DNA of 64,000 nt from an uncultured Lachnospiraceae bacterium (GTDB lineage Bacteria; Bacillota; Clostridia; Oscillospirales; CAG-272). Positions 31,400-41,300 of the stretch are shown here, one piece after another (position 1 is the stretch's first letter; each line of letters starts with the position of its first letter). Position numbers and translations under genes: made by a program. Location of the stretch: assembly GCA_964562175.1 (NCBI GenBank), contig CAZLRV010000007.1, forward strand, positions 3,071 to 67,070. The letters are read 5' to 3'. The notes under the pieces were generated by a model. The model worked only from the letters and a program-made list of their open reading frames with translations, made no database searches and was not told the origin of the DNA.

Positions 31400-32316
31400 T
31401 GGAATACAAACAGATCAAGGCGACGTGTAAGATCGAATATCTCGACGAGGTATGTGCGATAATGAGCATGGTCGATAACGGACTTATGATAGAGGATTAC
31501 AGCGATGCGGACGAAAATCTAAAGACCGTTTACGGCGATCTTCTTGACGAAAAGCTGTTGAATGCAGACAGGACGATAGGCTGTGTAAGCGTATTTATTC
31601 CCGATGAACGCAACCCCGACGAGGCACTACGCTTCATCAAAGACAGATTTTCGGTGCTCGGAATACCTGCGGATATTACGGTAGACGGCGTTGCCGATGA
31701 GGATTGGGCAAGCAGCTGGAAAAAATATTACAAGCCCACACCTATCGGTGAGCATATCGTAGTCGTACCGGCATGGGAAAAATACGATAAAAAGCCCGAT
31801 GAGCTTATAGTAAAAATGGATCCGGGCATGGCTTTCGGCACAGGCTCGCACGAAACGACACGGTTAGTCGGTGCGTTTATAGAAAAGTATCTTAAACGCG
31901 GCGACATGGTGCTTGATGTCGGAACGGGCAGCGGAATACTCGCTATAATCGCCTCCCTGCTCGGTGCAAAGCAAGTCGATGCTTACGATATCGACCCCGT
32001 AGCCGTTAAAGTTGCACGTGAGAATATCAAGGATAACGGCAGGGATAACATAACGTGCGAGGTCTCCGATCTGCTCAAGGACGTAGACAAAGCAAAAAAA
32101 TACGAGCTTATAAGTGCCAATATAGTTGCGGATATTATCATACGCATGAGCGGTGAGCTATCGGAGTACGCCTCGGACGGTTGTATCTTTTTAGCCTCCG
32201 GTATAATAAACAGCCGTGCGGATGAGGTCATTGAGGCTATGAATAAAACACCGTTCAAGCTTATCGACAAGGGAGAGGACAAAGACTGGGTGTGCCTTGC
32301 ATTCGTAAAGGAATGA
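31399..32316 (+). CDS. prmA: ribosomal protein L11 methyltransferase PrmA
   Basis: PGMAFGTGSHETT and the SAM motif VLDVGTGSGILAI. It follows dnaJ with a TAATG overlap, as in many Firmicutes. Confidence 0.9.
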   Translation: MEYKQIKATCKIEYLDEVCAIMSMVDNGLMIEDYSDADENLKTVYGDLLDEKLLNADRTIGCVSVFIPDERNPDEALRFIKDRFSVLGIPADITVDGVADEDWASSWKKYYKPTPIGEHIVVVPAWEKYDKKPDELIVKMDPGMAFGTGSHETTRLVGAFIEKYLKRGDMVLDVGTGSGILAIIASLLGAKQVDAYDIDPVAVKVARENIKDNGRDNITCEVSDLLKDVDKAKKYELISANIVADIIIRMSGELSEYASDGCIFLASGIINSRADEVIEAMNKTPFKLIDKGEDKDWVCLAFVKE

Positions 32317-32361
32317 CCGATTTGCCGGTGTAGTATTCGCCGCTGAAAGGAACGGAATATA

Positions 32362-33294
32362 ATGAAAAAAACGATATGCCTGTTGCTTATTCTTACCCTG
32401 CTTTTTTCGCTCGTTTCCTGCGATTTGGGAAACGGCGAGGGGACAAGCACCGACACGGGTGATAATACGTCGAAAACGGTGCAGATAACCGATTTTGACT
32501 CACGTCATTATACGCTCACCTCACCTCCCACACGGATATATTGCGCCTCCCCTATAGCCGCAGAGATAATTTACTCGCTCGGTTCGTCAAAATACGTCAA
32601 GGCGCTCAACGCAAATTGCGAAAAGCTTGACGGCGCACCGATGGGAGCGGAAATATTTGAGATAGATCCGCAGCTGCAATCGAGGCTTGCACTGCTTGAG
32701 ATCGATGCGATGTTTTTTGAGGACGATGTTGACGAGCAGCTACTAAACGCCGTCAACAATGCGGGGATAAAGACCTTTCGCATACGCTCCACGGGCGGCG
32801 TATCTGTTGCACAATCCAATATTCGCCTTATATCCTCTATAATGTTTAAGCAGGACAGCGGCGAAAAGCTCATTTCATCAATGCGTGAGGAAATAGACCA
32901 TGTAAAAAATATGGCACAAGCATTGCTTGAGAGAAAAAAAGTCGTGATAGAGGGCGGTACGCTTTCACAACGTATCGTTTACGGCGGCGATACGCTTGTC
33001 GGTGAGCTGGTAGAGCTGGCAGGTGCCGATAACGCTTACACGACGACCTCCCCCGCCAATGATACGGATATTATCGGCAAAAATCCGGACGTTTTCATAT
33101 CATTGATAAATGATGAAAAATGCACCGTAACGAGCATACGTCAAAGAAACGGTTACGATATGACAAACGCCTACAAGCGCGGACAGGTCTATGTTTTCGA
33201 TTCCTCTCTCTCACTCAGACCCGCACCGTCCATGACCGAAGCTTTGTACGAATTTGCCTACATTTTAGGCACGATAAACGAGGAAAACAAATGA
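32362..33294 (+). CDS. lipoprotein, periplasmic-binding-protein type (siderophore/B12 class-8-like), orphan
   Basis: Lipobox LLFSLVSCD. The layout resembles FecB/BtuF-type binding proteins (PTRIYCASPIAAEIIYSLG). No permease or ATPase is adjacent. Confidence 0.55.
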   Translation: MKKTICLLLILTLLFSLVSCDLGNGEGTSTDTGDNTSKTVQITDFDSRHYTLTSPPTRIYCASPIAAEIIYSLGSSKYVKALNANCEKLDGAPMGAEIFEIDPQLQSRLALLEIDAMFFEDDVDEQLLNAVNNAGIKTFRIRSTGGVSVAQSNIRLISSIMFKQDSGEKLISSMREEIDHVKNMAQALLERKKVVIEGGTLSQRIVYGGDTLVGELVELAGADNAYTTTSPANDTDIIGKNPDVFISLINDEKCTVTSIRQRNGYDMTNAYKRGQVYVFDSSLSLRPAPSMTEALYEFAYILGTINEENK

Positions 33295-34184
33295 AACACG
33301 AAATCAGCTCCTACAAGAATTTCGGACGTGTGCTTTTCTGCACAAAGGGTTCTCTTACTCTCGGCTTCACGCTCGATATAGGGCCGAGAATAATATATGC
33401 CGCACTTGAGGACGGGGACAACATTTTTTACAACGATGTCGAGCGTTTGACCTCGCAGGTAGGCGAGCAAATGGAAAATAAATTTGGGGTCGGCAAATGC
33501 TGGCAGCTCTTCGGCGGTCACAGAGTTTGGCTCTCGCCCGAAAAATTTCCCGATACATACCGTCCCGACAGCGATAAGGTTGAGTATTCGATAGAGGGCG
33601 ATGTGGTGACGGTCATCGGTCAACAGTATTGCGGAATTCGAACAAAGCTTGAGGTCAAGCTTCTTGACAACGCCACAGCGGAAGTTTCAAATATAATTAT
33701 AAATAACACACCGGATGATATTTACGGCAGTGTATGGGCACTTTCCGTTATGGATAAGGACGGTGTCGCATTCACTCCGCAAAATATGTCCGATGCGGGT
33801 CTGCTCAATAACCGCACGCTTTCCCTTTGGTCTTATACGGATATTCACGACGGTAGGTTGGATCTGCAAAATGACGGTATAACCGTTACACAATCCTCAC
33901 AGTACACCTCCCCGTTCAAGATCGGCGTCAACAACACGCTCGGCGTATGTGCGTACCGCAACAGAGGCAAGCTGTTTATAAAGCGTTTCGCACCGTCGGA
34001 GCTTACGCTTCCCTACCCCGACGGCGGTGTAAACTGCGAGATATATACCTGCAAGCATTTTACGGAGCTTGAAACACTTTCTCCGTTGCAGAACATTAAG
34101 TCCGGATCTCAGGCACTTCATAAAGAGCATTGGACACTTAAGTATTCCGAAGGCGATGACGATATGCTATCTCTTGTAAAATAA
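33291..34184 (+). CDS. hypothetical protein (297 aa), translationally coupled to the lipoprotein gene
   Basis: The ATG at 33291 overlaps the upstream stop (ATGA). RBS GAGGA. I recognise no motif. The longer track ORF start lies inside the upstream gene. Confidence 0.6.
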   Translation: MKHEISSYKNFGRVLFCTKGSLTLGFTLDIGPRIIYAALEDGDNIFYNDVERLTSQVGEQMENKFGVGKCWQLFGGHRVWLSPEKFPDTYRPDSDKVEYSIEGDVVTVIGQQYCGIRTKLEVKLLDNATAEVSNIIINNTPDDIYGSVWALSVMDKDGVAFTPQNMSDAGLLNNRTLSLWSYTDIHDGRLDLQNDGITVTQSSQYTSPFKIGVNNTLGVCAYRNRGKLFIKRFAPSELTLPYPDGGVNCEIYTCKHFTELETLSPLQNIKSGSQALHKEHWTLKYSEGDDDMLSLVK

Positions 34185-34344
34185 GGGCATCGTTTCCACT
34201 TAATCACTTTTGTAAATATTTTGTGCATATTCCAATATATTTTTCATTTTGCTATTTACTTTTTGGTGAATTTGTGTTATAATACAATTGCAGTAAAGGA
34301 AAGCTATTGCCTAAGCTGTAATACATCGCAAAGGTGGTAATATT

Positions 34345-34878
34345 GTGAAAACATTGATAGTGGCTAAACAGGTTGAGGTAACTTGTGATCTCAAGGAAAC
34401 GATCGAGAAGAAGCTTTGCAAGTTCGACAAATTCTTCGATACGAGCGCAGAGGCGTGTGTCATGCTATCTCGCAAAAGAGGCAGAGAGAACCTTGAAGTA
34501 ACGATTACCGTTCATGGGATGATGTTACGTGCCGAGGAAGAAGCCGATACGTTCCGTAACGCTCTCGATGCGGCTATAGAAGTGCTTGAGGGTCAGATAA
34601 GAAAGCATAAAACAAAGCTGCAGAAGCGTCTGCGCAGCGGCACGTTTGATAAGGGCGTGTACGATGTGTCGGCAATTGACGAGCAGGACGAGGAAGCATT
34701 CAAGGTAAGGGTGAAGGAGTTTGTAATAAAGCCCATGTCCGTTGAGGAGGCAATACTTGAAATGAACCTCTTGAACCATGAGTTTTTCGTGTTTGTAAAC
34801 GATGAGACAAGTGCGACAAATGTCGTATACAAGCGTAAAAGCGGCGATTACGGCTTGATAGTTCCCAAAAACGATTAA
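34345..34878 (+). CDS. hpf: ribosome hibernation promoting factor (long HPF)
   Basis: The S30AE/RaiA N-domain (VEVTCDLKETIEKKLCKFDKFF) is followed by a C-terminal dimerisation domain (KPMSVEEAILEMNLLNHEFFVFVN). GTG start after RBS AGGTGG. Confidence 0.85.
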   Translation: MKTLIVAKQVEVTCDLKETIEKKLCKFDKFFDTSAEACVMLSRKRGRENLEVTITVHGMMLRAEEEADTFRNALDAAIEVLEGQIRKHKTKLQKRLRSGTFDKGVYDVSAIDEQDEEAFKVRVKEFVIKPMSVEEAILEMNLLNHEFFVFVNDETSATNVVYKRKSGDYGLIVPKND

Positions 34879-34884
34879 ATTTCA

Positions 34885-34911
34885 CAGTCCCGTGCAAATT
34901 GCACGGGACTG
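34885..34911 (+). terminator. hairpin after hpf
   Basis: 11-bp perfect stem CAGTCCCGTGC / GCACGGGACTG. The U-tract is weak. Confidence 0.4.
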
Positions 34912-34963
34912 TTCGTCATCATATAGCTCGGACGGATGATATATCATCCGCCCGCTTGTTATT

Positions 34964-37900
34964 TTATTGCTCTCTCATTCTTGCCGTAAATGCCGAACAT
35001 TCCTCGGGGGAGAGTGTACCGTCATTGTCTATATCCGCAGCTCTGAAATATCCTTTGCCCTTGCCTATGGAAAGTGCATCGGCTACCAAAATATCTTTTA
35101 TAGTCAACATTCCGTCGCCGTCAACATCGCCGGTAACGATTACGGTATATGTTTCCCTAACGGTTTCGCCTTCATAGCCTATTACCTTGTAGCCGGATGC
35201 GAGTTTGCCGCTCGTTACGACATTACCTGCCGCATCGGTTACCGTGCCGTGGCTCAGTTGAGCCTTAAGAGTCTCGACGGTGGTTCCCGCCTTGATATTG
35301 ACTATATCTTTTTCGGTCTTATCAAGCGTTGCCGTACCGGAGGTTACTTTTATCACCTTGTAGGTCGGCTCTTTTACATTCAGGGTTATCGTTGCAAAAT
35401 CGTAATATGTTTGAAACTTGGTCTCCATTCTCAGCTTGATCGTGTGGTTACCTGCGCTGAGTGAGCCTACCGGAATACCCTCATCGAATGCGTTTACCGT
35501 AGTGCAATTTGTGTAATTCGGCATTGCAATTGACACATCGGAACGGAATTTTCCTTCAAGTGCCGTCCATGCGCCGCCGTCGATGCTGTACTGATAGCCC
35601 GTTACGCCTTCATCGCACAAAGCCCAGCCTCTTACTTGATAATACGTTTCAATATCGGAATCGGAGTTCTTCGTCACGCTGTCGGTTGCCGTGATCACCT
35701 CATTATTGCCCGTCTTGGAAAGAGAATCCAGTGTCGCTGCATATGAGTTGGGATTTATGGTCAGCTTCATGTTCGCTATAGTATAGTAATAGTTCTGCTT
35801 TGTCAAGCCTCTTATCGTTATGTTATGATCGCCCACGGAAAGACCGTTCAAGGGGATATCTTCCTCAAATGCATTTATATCCGTGCAATTCGTATAGGAG
35901 GGTTGAGCTGCGGCAACATCGGCACGATATGAAGCGGTGAGTGTCTTCCATGCGCCGCCGTCAATGTTGTACTGATAGCCGGCTATACCGTCATCGTGAA
36001 CGCTCCAGCCCTTCAGCTTATAGGTCTGACCGACATAAGCCACCTTGCGGAAATCTTCTAAGCTGAATACTGTATTCTTTGCCACCGTTTCCGAGGGAGA
36101 ATCAAATGCGGTCGTAAAGCTCGGGGTCGTTACATTAAGCGTTATTTTGGCTATAACGTAATTGGCACCCTTTTTCGTAAGTCCGCCTATTCTGAGCGTG
36201 TGAGAGCCTATCGAAATATCGCCGAGTGATATATCATCCTCGAATGCGTTAAGCGTCGTGCATTCGGTGTATGAAGAATTAGCCGCGGCAACATCTGCTC
36301 TGTAAGTACCCTTTATTGCCGTCCAATTGCCGTTATCAAGGCTGTATCTGAATTCGGATATACCGTATTCGTGAACGCTCCAGCCCTTTACATGATATGT
36401 CACATCTCCGCGCTTGAGTACATTGTCGGTAAATGTCGATACGATATTCTTGCCACCCTCGCCGTCGGGCACATCAAGCTCAACAACATACGAGGGTGCG
36501 GTAACATTAAGCGTAATTACAGATACGAGATAGTAATCATTTTTCTTTGTCTTTGCACGTATAGCTATATTGTGCGCACCTGTCGCAAGCTCGGCTATAT
36601 CAATACTACCCTCAAACGCATTCAGCGTCGTGCAATTTGTATACGATGACGTTGCCGAGGCAACATCCGCACGGTATTTGCCGTTAAGTGCGGAGAATGC
36701 ATTTCCGTCTACGGAATATTGGTAAGCCGCTACACCGTCGGTATGTACACTCCAGCCCGATACGGTAAGTGTGGAGCTGCTTGCGGTGTTAATGCTTGTG
36801 CTTATGTTTACCGGTGCTTTAGTTGCGCCGCCGGAGGTGGGAACATCTATTGTATTCTGCCACTTCTCGCTGTCCTTGCCTGCGAAAAATCCGCCGGGGT
36901 CGGAATAAGAGGAGGGCATACCAGAATATACGGGAATTGCAAAGGTAAAGGGAAGGTCAAGAAGGTCGGTATTGCGGTAAGCCTCTTGAACCTTACGGCT
37001 CTCGCTCCATGCCGCAGATACGTTCTGCATATACTGACCCCAGAAGTTTCTGCTTGAGGAGGGGTGTACGTTGAACTTTTGATAATATATCGTGTGCTGA
37101 TAGTCGTTTATGTATTTCTCGGCGATCTTTGTCGCACCGCCGCGAAGTGCCGCCTTACGGGTAGTCCAGCCGCCCGTCTTGGCTTCCTGCATACCTGTCA
37201 GGTAAATGTTGAATTTACCCGTACCCGTCGCACCTATGTTAAAATAGTTGTAATAGCCGTTGTACTGTTTAAGTGATGACTCCGAGTAGCCCGATGAGGG
37301 TGCGCCGTTTGTTTTGTTGCTGTAATAAGACCACAGCGTATCGCCGCACTTACCGGAGATAAGCGGGCTTGTACCCGTTCCCTGCTCTTGTCTAACTCTC
37401 GATGCTATCTGCACAGGGCTTATGTTAAGCTCCTTGCCGAGCTGCACGAAGAATTGAGCATACGTCTGGCTGTTTCCGCTGTCGGGAATTACCGCGTGCG
37501 CCATAAAGCTTCCCTGAAGCACCGCCTCAACGACGCTCTCGCTCATTATCGACGAATAGCTGAGCTTTTCAAATTGGAATACGTTATCCTCATTGAGGAA
37601 GTTACGGGGATCCGAAAAATATGCGATACAGGAGTTACTTGCTCTCAGCCATGAGCCGGATTCGACTGCCTGCTGATTTCTTGCATATACGGGATATTTG
37701 TTTCCGTAAGCCTTATCAATAAGGTTACGCTGATAATCGTTTCCCGCAGCCTGCTCCTGCGTTTGCACATAGCTCCACGTATATGTACTTTTCATCGCCG
37801 TTATGTTGTCACACTCAAACACCCAGTTGGGATGTACGTCGTGAAGCTTGCTCAACAACGGAATGTACGAGTCCGGAAAGCCGAGGCTTTTCAAATGCTT

Positions 37901-37999
37901 CTCGTACTCACTGCTTGCCGAGCTTGCCGTAAACACGAAGCAAGACATTATCGTGCATACCGCCAAGGCACAGGCAAGTATCTTTTTGAAGGTTTTCAT
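34964..37999 (-). CDS. secreted GH73-like peptidoglycan hydrolase with four ~125-aa repeats, a beta-rich spacer and a C-terminal type I dockerin
   Basis: There is a signal peptide. The glucosaminidase-like core shows ASRVRQEQGTGTSPLISG and YYNYFNIGATG. Four repeats are marked by GWSVH..G...Y.YS.DG. The dockerin carries two Ca-loop segments, GDVDGDGMLTIKDIL and ADIDNDGTLSPEEC. Confidence 0.7.
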   Translation of the reverse strand: MKTFKKILACALAVCTIMSCFVFTASSASSEYEKHLKSLGFPDSYIPLLSKLHDVHPNWVFECDNITAMKSTYTWSYVQTQEQAAGNDYQRNLIDKAYGNKYPVYARNQQAVESGSWLRASNSCIAYFSDPRNFLNEDNVFQFEKLSYSSIMSESVVEAVLQGSFMAHAVIPDSGNSQTYAQFFVQLGKELNISPVQIASRVRQEQGTGTSPLISGKCGDTLWSYYSNKTNGAPSSGYSESSLKQYNGYYNYFNIGATGTGKFNIYLTGMQEAKTGGWTTRKAALRGGATKIAEKYINDYQHTIYYQKFNVHPSSSRNFWGQYMQNVSAAWSESRKVQEAYRNTDLLDLPFTFAIPVYSGMPSSYSDPGGFFAGKDSEKWQNTIDVPTSGGATKAPVNISTSINTASSSTLTVSGWSVHTDGVAAYQYSVDGNAFSALNGKYRADVASATSSYTNCTTLNAFEGSIDIAELATGAHNIAIRAKTKKNDYYLVSVITLNVTAPSYVVELDVPDGEGGKNIVSTFTDNVLKRGDVTYHVKGWSVHEYGISEFRYSLDNGNWTAIKGTYRADVAAANSSYTECTTLNAFEDDISLGDISIGSHTLRIGGLTKKGANYVIAKITLNVTTPSFTTAFDSPSETVAKNTVFSLEDFRKVAYVGQTYKLKGWSVHDDGIAGYQYNIDGGAWKTLTASYRADVAAAQPSYTNCTDINAFEEDIPLNGLSVGDHNITIRGLTKQNYYYTIANMKLTINPNSYAATLDSLSKTGNNEVITATDSVTKNSDSDIETYYQVRGWALCDEGVTGYQYSIDGGAWTALEGKFRSDVSIAMPNYTNCTTVNAFDEGIPVGSLSAGNHTIKLRMETKFQTYYDFATITLNVKEPTYKVIKVTSGTATLDKTEKDIVNIKAGTTVETLKAQLSHGTVTDAAGNVVTSGKLASGYKVIGYEGETVRETYTVIVTGDVDGDGMLTIKDILVADALSIGKGKGYFRAADIDNDGTLSPEECSAFTARMREQ
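35361..36820 (-). repeat. four tandem coding repeats (~375 bp each) inside the GH73-dockerin gene (approximate bounds)
   Basis: The GWSVH/GWALC codons recur at about 36746-36760, 36371-36385, 35996-36010 and 35615-35629. Each is followed by YRADVA...YT.CT..NAFE. Confidence 0.7.
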
Positions 38000-38081
38000 A
38001 AATACCTCTCTATGTATTTTTTTTCGGCACTGACCGTCTGCATCTGATATGCTCGCCTCTCACAGTACCCCATTCCCTTTT

Positions 38082-38110
38082 ATTTTACACCTTTATTTTC
38101 TATAAATCAA
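38082..38110 (-). promoter_or_regulatory. candidate sigma-A promoter for the GH73-dockerin gene
   Basis: On the minus strand: TTGATT (38110-38105), a 17 nt spacer, then TAAAAT (38087-38082). Confidence 0.45.
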
Positions 38111-38283
38111 GTCTTTTTTTGTTATTTTCTTTTTTTCTGCCATATTACACAAATTCGCACGTCGATTTTTGTGCATTTTGCCCTCTTATTTTGCGGTTTT
38201 TGAAGCTCTTATCCGTATTTCGGCTTATTTCCACTCCGTATATTCGCATTTTGTGTTGTTCGACAAGCCCCGCCTAACACCTC

Positions 38284-38328
38284 ACGAAAAATATTATCCC
38301 GTTTACTCGTTATGAGTAAACGGGATAA
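38284..38328 (-). terminator. rho-independent terminator of the giant surface-protein gene
   Basis: 15-bp perfect stem TTATCCCGTTTACTC / GAGTAAACGGGATAA, followed on the minus strand by TATTTTT. Confidence 0.75.
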
Positions 38329-38350
38329 CTTATTTGTGCTGTGCTTTGAC

Positions 38351-41300
38351 TTATTTTGCGAAATGCTTTCTCTTTTTGCCGTAAGCTACTGTACCTGCCA
38401 ATGCGCCGCCGCTGACAACGAGCAGTGCAAACCAAATTACCATATGGCTGTTATCGCCGGTTTCGGGAACTTTGCTATCGCTCGGCTTTGAAACGATGGT
38501 GTCCGCAAGGGTGATCTCGTTGTTGCAATCCTTGTCACCGAAGTACTTGTTGCAATCCTCACAGTGCCAATACTCAATGTTGCCGTCGGCTTCGGCGGTT
38601 GCCGCCTTTGCTTCGACGTGCTTCAGCTTTCTGTGATTTTTGCCGTCACGTTCCCCGTACTTCTCACCGCAGATACCGCACACCGCTTCTTCGTTGCAGC
38701 TTGCTTCTCCGCCGCTGTGAGAATTTACGTTCTGACCGCAATAGTCGCAAGTATGCTTGCCCTCTGCCGCCTCATGCACTCCCATAGGTGCGCCGCAATC
38801 ATCGCATTTGTGGTCTTTGTTTTTGTCCTCGCACTGACTTGCATTCTTGCCGCAGTAATCACAGGTATGCTTGCCCTCTGCCGCTTCATGCACTCCCATA
38901 GGTGCGTCACAGTCGTCACATTTGTGGTCTTTGTTCTCGTCCGTACACGTCGATGCCGTCTTGCCACAGTAATCGCAAGTATGCTTGCCCTCTGCCGCCT
39001 CATGCACTCCCATAGGTGCGCCGCAGTCATCGCATTTGTGGTCTTTGTTTTTGTCCTCGCACTGACTTGCATTCTCGCCGCAGTAGTCGCAAGTATGCTT
39101 GCCCTCTGCCGCTTCATGCACTCCCATAGGTGCGCCGCAATCATCGCATTTGTGGTCTTTGTTTTTGTCTATACACGTCGATACCGTCTTACCGCAGTAA
39201 TCGCAAGTATGCTTGCCCTCTGCCGCTTCATGCACTCCCATGGTTGCTCCGCACACGTCGCACTCATGGTTCTTGTTTTTGTCTATACACGTTGATACCG
39301 TCTTACCGCAGTAATCGCAAGTATGCTTGCCCTCTGCCGCTTCATGCACTCCCATGGTTGCTCCGCACACGTCGCACTCATGGTTCTTGTTTTTATCTAT
39401 ACACGTTGATGCTGTCTCACCGCAGTAATCGCACTTATGGTCTTTGCTTCCGTCAACACAATCCGTTTCAATGAAACGAGAATTTGCTTTGTCGTAGTGG
39501 TATACTTTTTCTTCACCGTCTCCGATCTTCACCGTATGACGTCCGTCTGTCAGATATGCGTAAAGATTTGTGTCTGCCGCATCTCCCGCCGTATGGTTGG
39601 ACGGGGTATGTTTTACTCCGTCAATGTATACATCCTTACCGCTCGGATTCGCTATAACTAACAGATATACCTCTTTAGCTCCCTCGCCCTTTCCGTTTTT
39701 CGGAATGCACACGTTAAGCTTACGTGACGGTTCGCTGCTGCTTTCTCCTCCCGTTCCGATGAGAGGTGTTATTCTGCCGTTGGTATTCACCGGTTCGGCA
39801 ATACGTATCGAGCCGCCCGAAATGACTACTTCGATCTGCGCATTATTGTAGTATCCGGCTCCGATTCCCGATCCGTTCTTCGACGTAACAGTAATCGTTC
39901 CTCCCGAAATCGTGATGTTTTCGGGTTCGGTGGCGGCACCTCCGATTGCGGATGCATTATCTCCGCCGTTGGCATTGACGACTCCTCCCGTGATCGTGAT
40001 ACCGTCGATAATATCGCTGTTAAATCCTCCGCCGATGCCGGCTCCGAAATTTCCGCCGGTTGCGGTGACTTTTCCGCCCGATATGGTAATGTCTTCGATA
40101 TTGCTTTTATATCCTCCGCCGATTCCGGCTCCGGAGTTTCCTCCGAGTGCGGTAACGTCTCCGCCCTTTATCGTGATGTTCGACACGCTGCCCCAATTTC
40201 CGCCGCCGATTCCGGCACAGTTGACTCCGCCCTGCGCCTTAACGATTCCGCCTTCGATGGTGATATTCGATGCGATGAGCTTATCATGCGAGTATTCGGC
40301 GACGCCGTAACCGCTTCCGATTCCGGCTCCCCAGGCTCCGCCGATCGCGGTAACATTTCCGCCTTTTATCGTGATGTTCGATGCGCCTCCGCCGAGGTAG
40401 TTTTCGCCGTTGACATCACCGTAATTATAACCTCCGCCGATTCCGGCAGAGTAGATTCCTCCCTGTGCAACTATCGTTCCGTCAAGAATGATGATGTTGC
40501 TCGTATTGCAACGGTAGCCGCTTCCGATTCCGGCTCCGCAATTTTCTCCCGTTGCGTTGAGCGTTCCACGTCCCGTGATCGTCAGCTTTCCGCTTCCGCT
40601 TCCTTTCTGAAGTGCCGCAACTCCGAAGCCGCCACGGAGGGTGTTGACGCTTCCGTTTGCAAGCGTTATCGTTACATTCTCTCCGTTTCCGTCCGCAACT
40701 GCGATCGGTGCATAGCCGACAGTACTGTTTTCAGCATTTCCCGTTTCGGAAGTGTCGATATTCACTCCCGAAAGTGTGATATTCGCATTCACTCCCGCCG
40801 CCGTCACGATTCTATCCGCCGTCCTCGCCACTCCGTTTCTCATACCGACAGTCATAGACTTGTCGCTGAGTATCGTGAGTACTCCGAGAGCGTAGCTGTA
40901 GTCTGTTCCCTCAACTGCCGCCTCCGATGTGTTTGACGTGATCGTCAGGTCACGTTCACGGTCAAATTTTCCGTTTTTATAGCTGTATACATACTCGATT
41001 CCGTCCTCTCCCACCTTCACCGTGTGACTGCCGGTTGTCGTAAGCCACAGATAGAGGTTGGTGTCTTTCGCATCTGCCGCCGTGTGGTTCGACGGAATGT
41101 ATTTCACTCCGTCAACATACACGTCATCTCCGCGCGGATTCTCAATGATAAGCGATGCGACAGGGTTTTCCGATGCACCGACAACAGGTTCGCTTACCGT
41201 TCCCGCCTTGACAGAGCCGCCGAGAATGTGTATCTTACCTGCCATGTTTTTGCCTTGGCAACCGATATCATCTTGAACTCCTCCGCCTATTGCGGTGACC

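Noticed and set aside
33120-33290. N-terminal extension of the 33120..34184 ORF
   Set aside because: The extension overlaps the lipoprotein gene. The ATG at 33291 has a GAGGA RBS and an ATGA coupling overlap.
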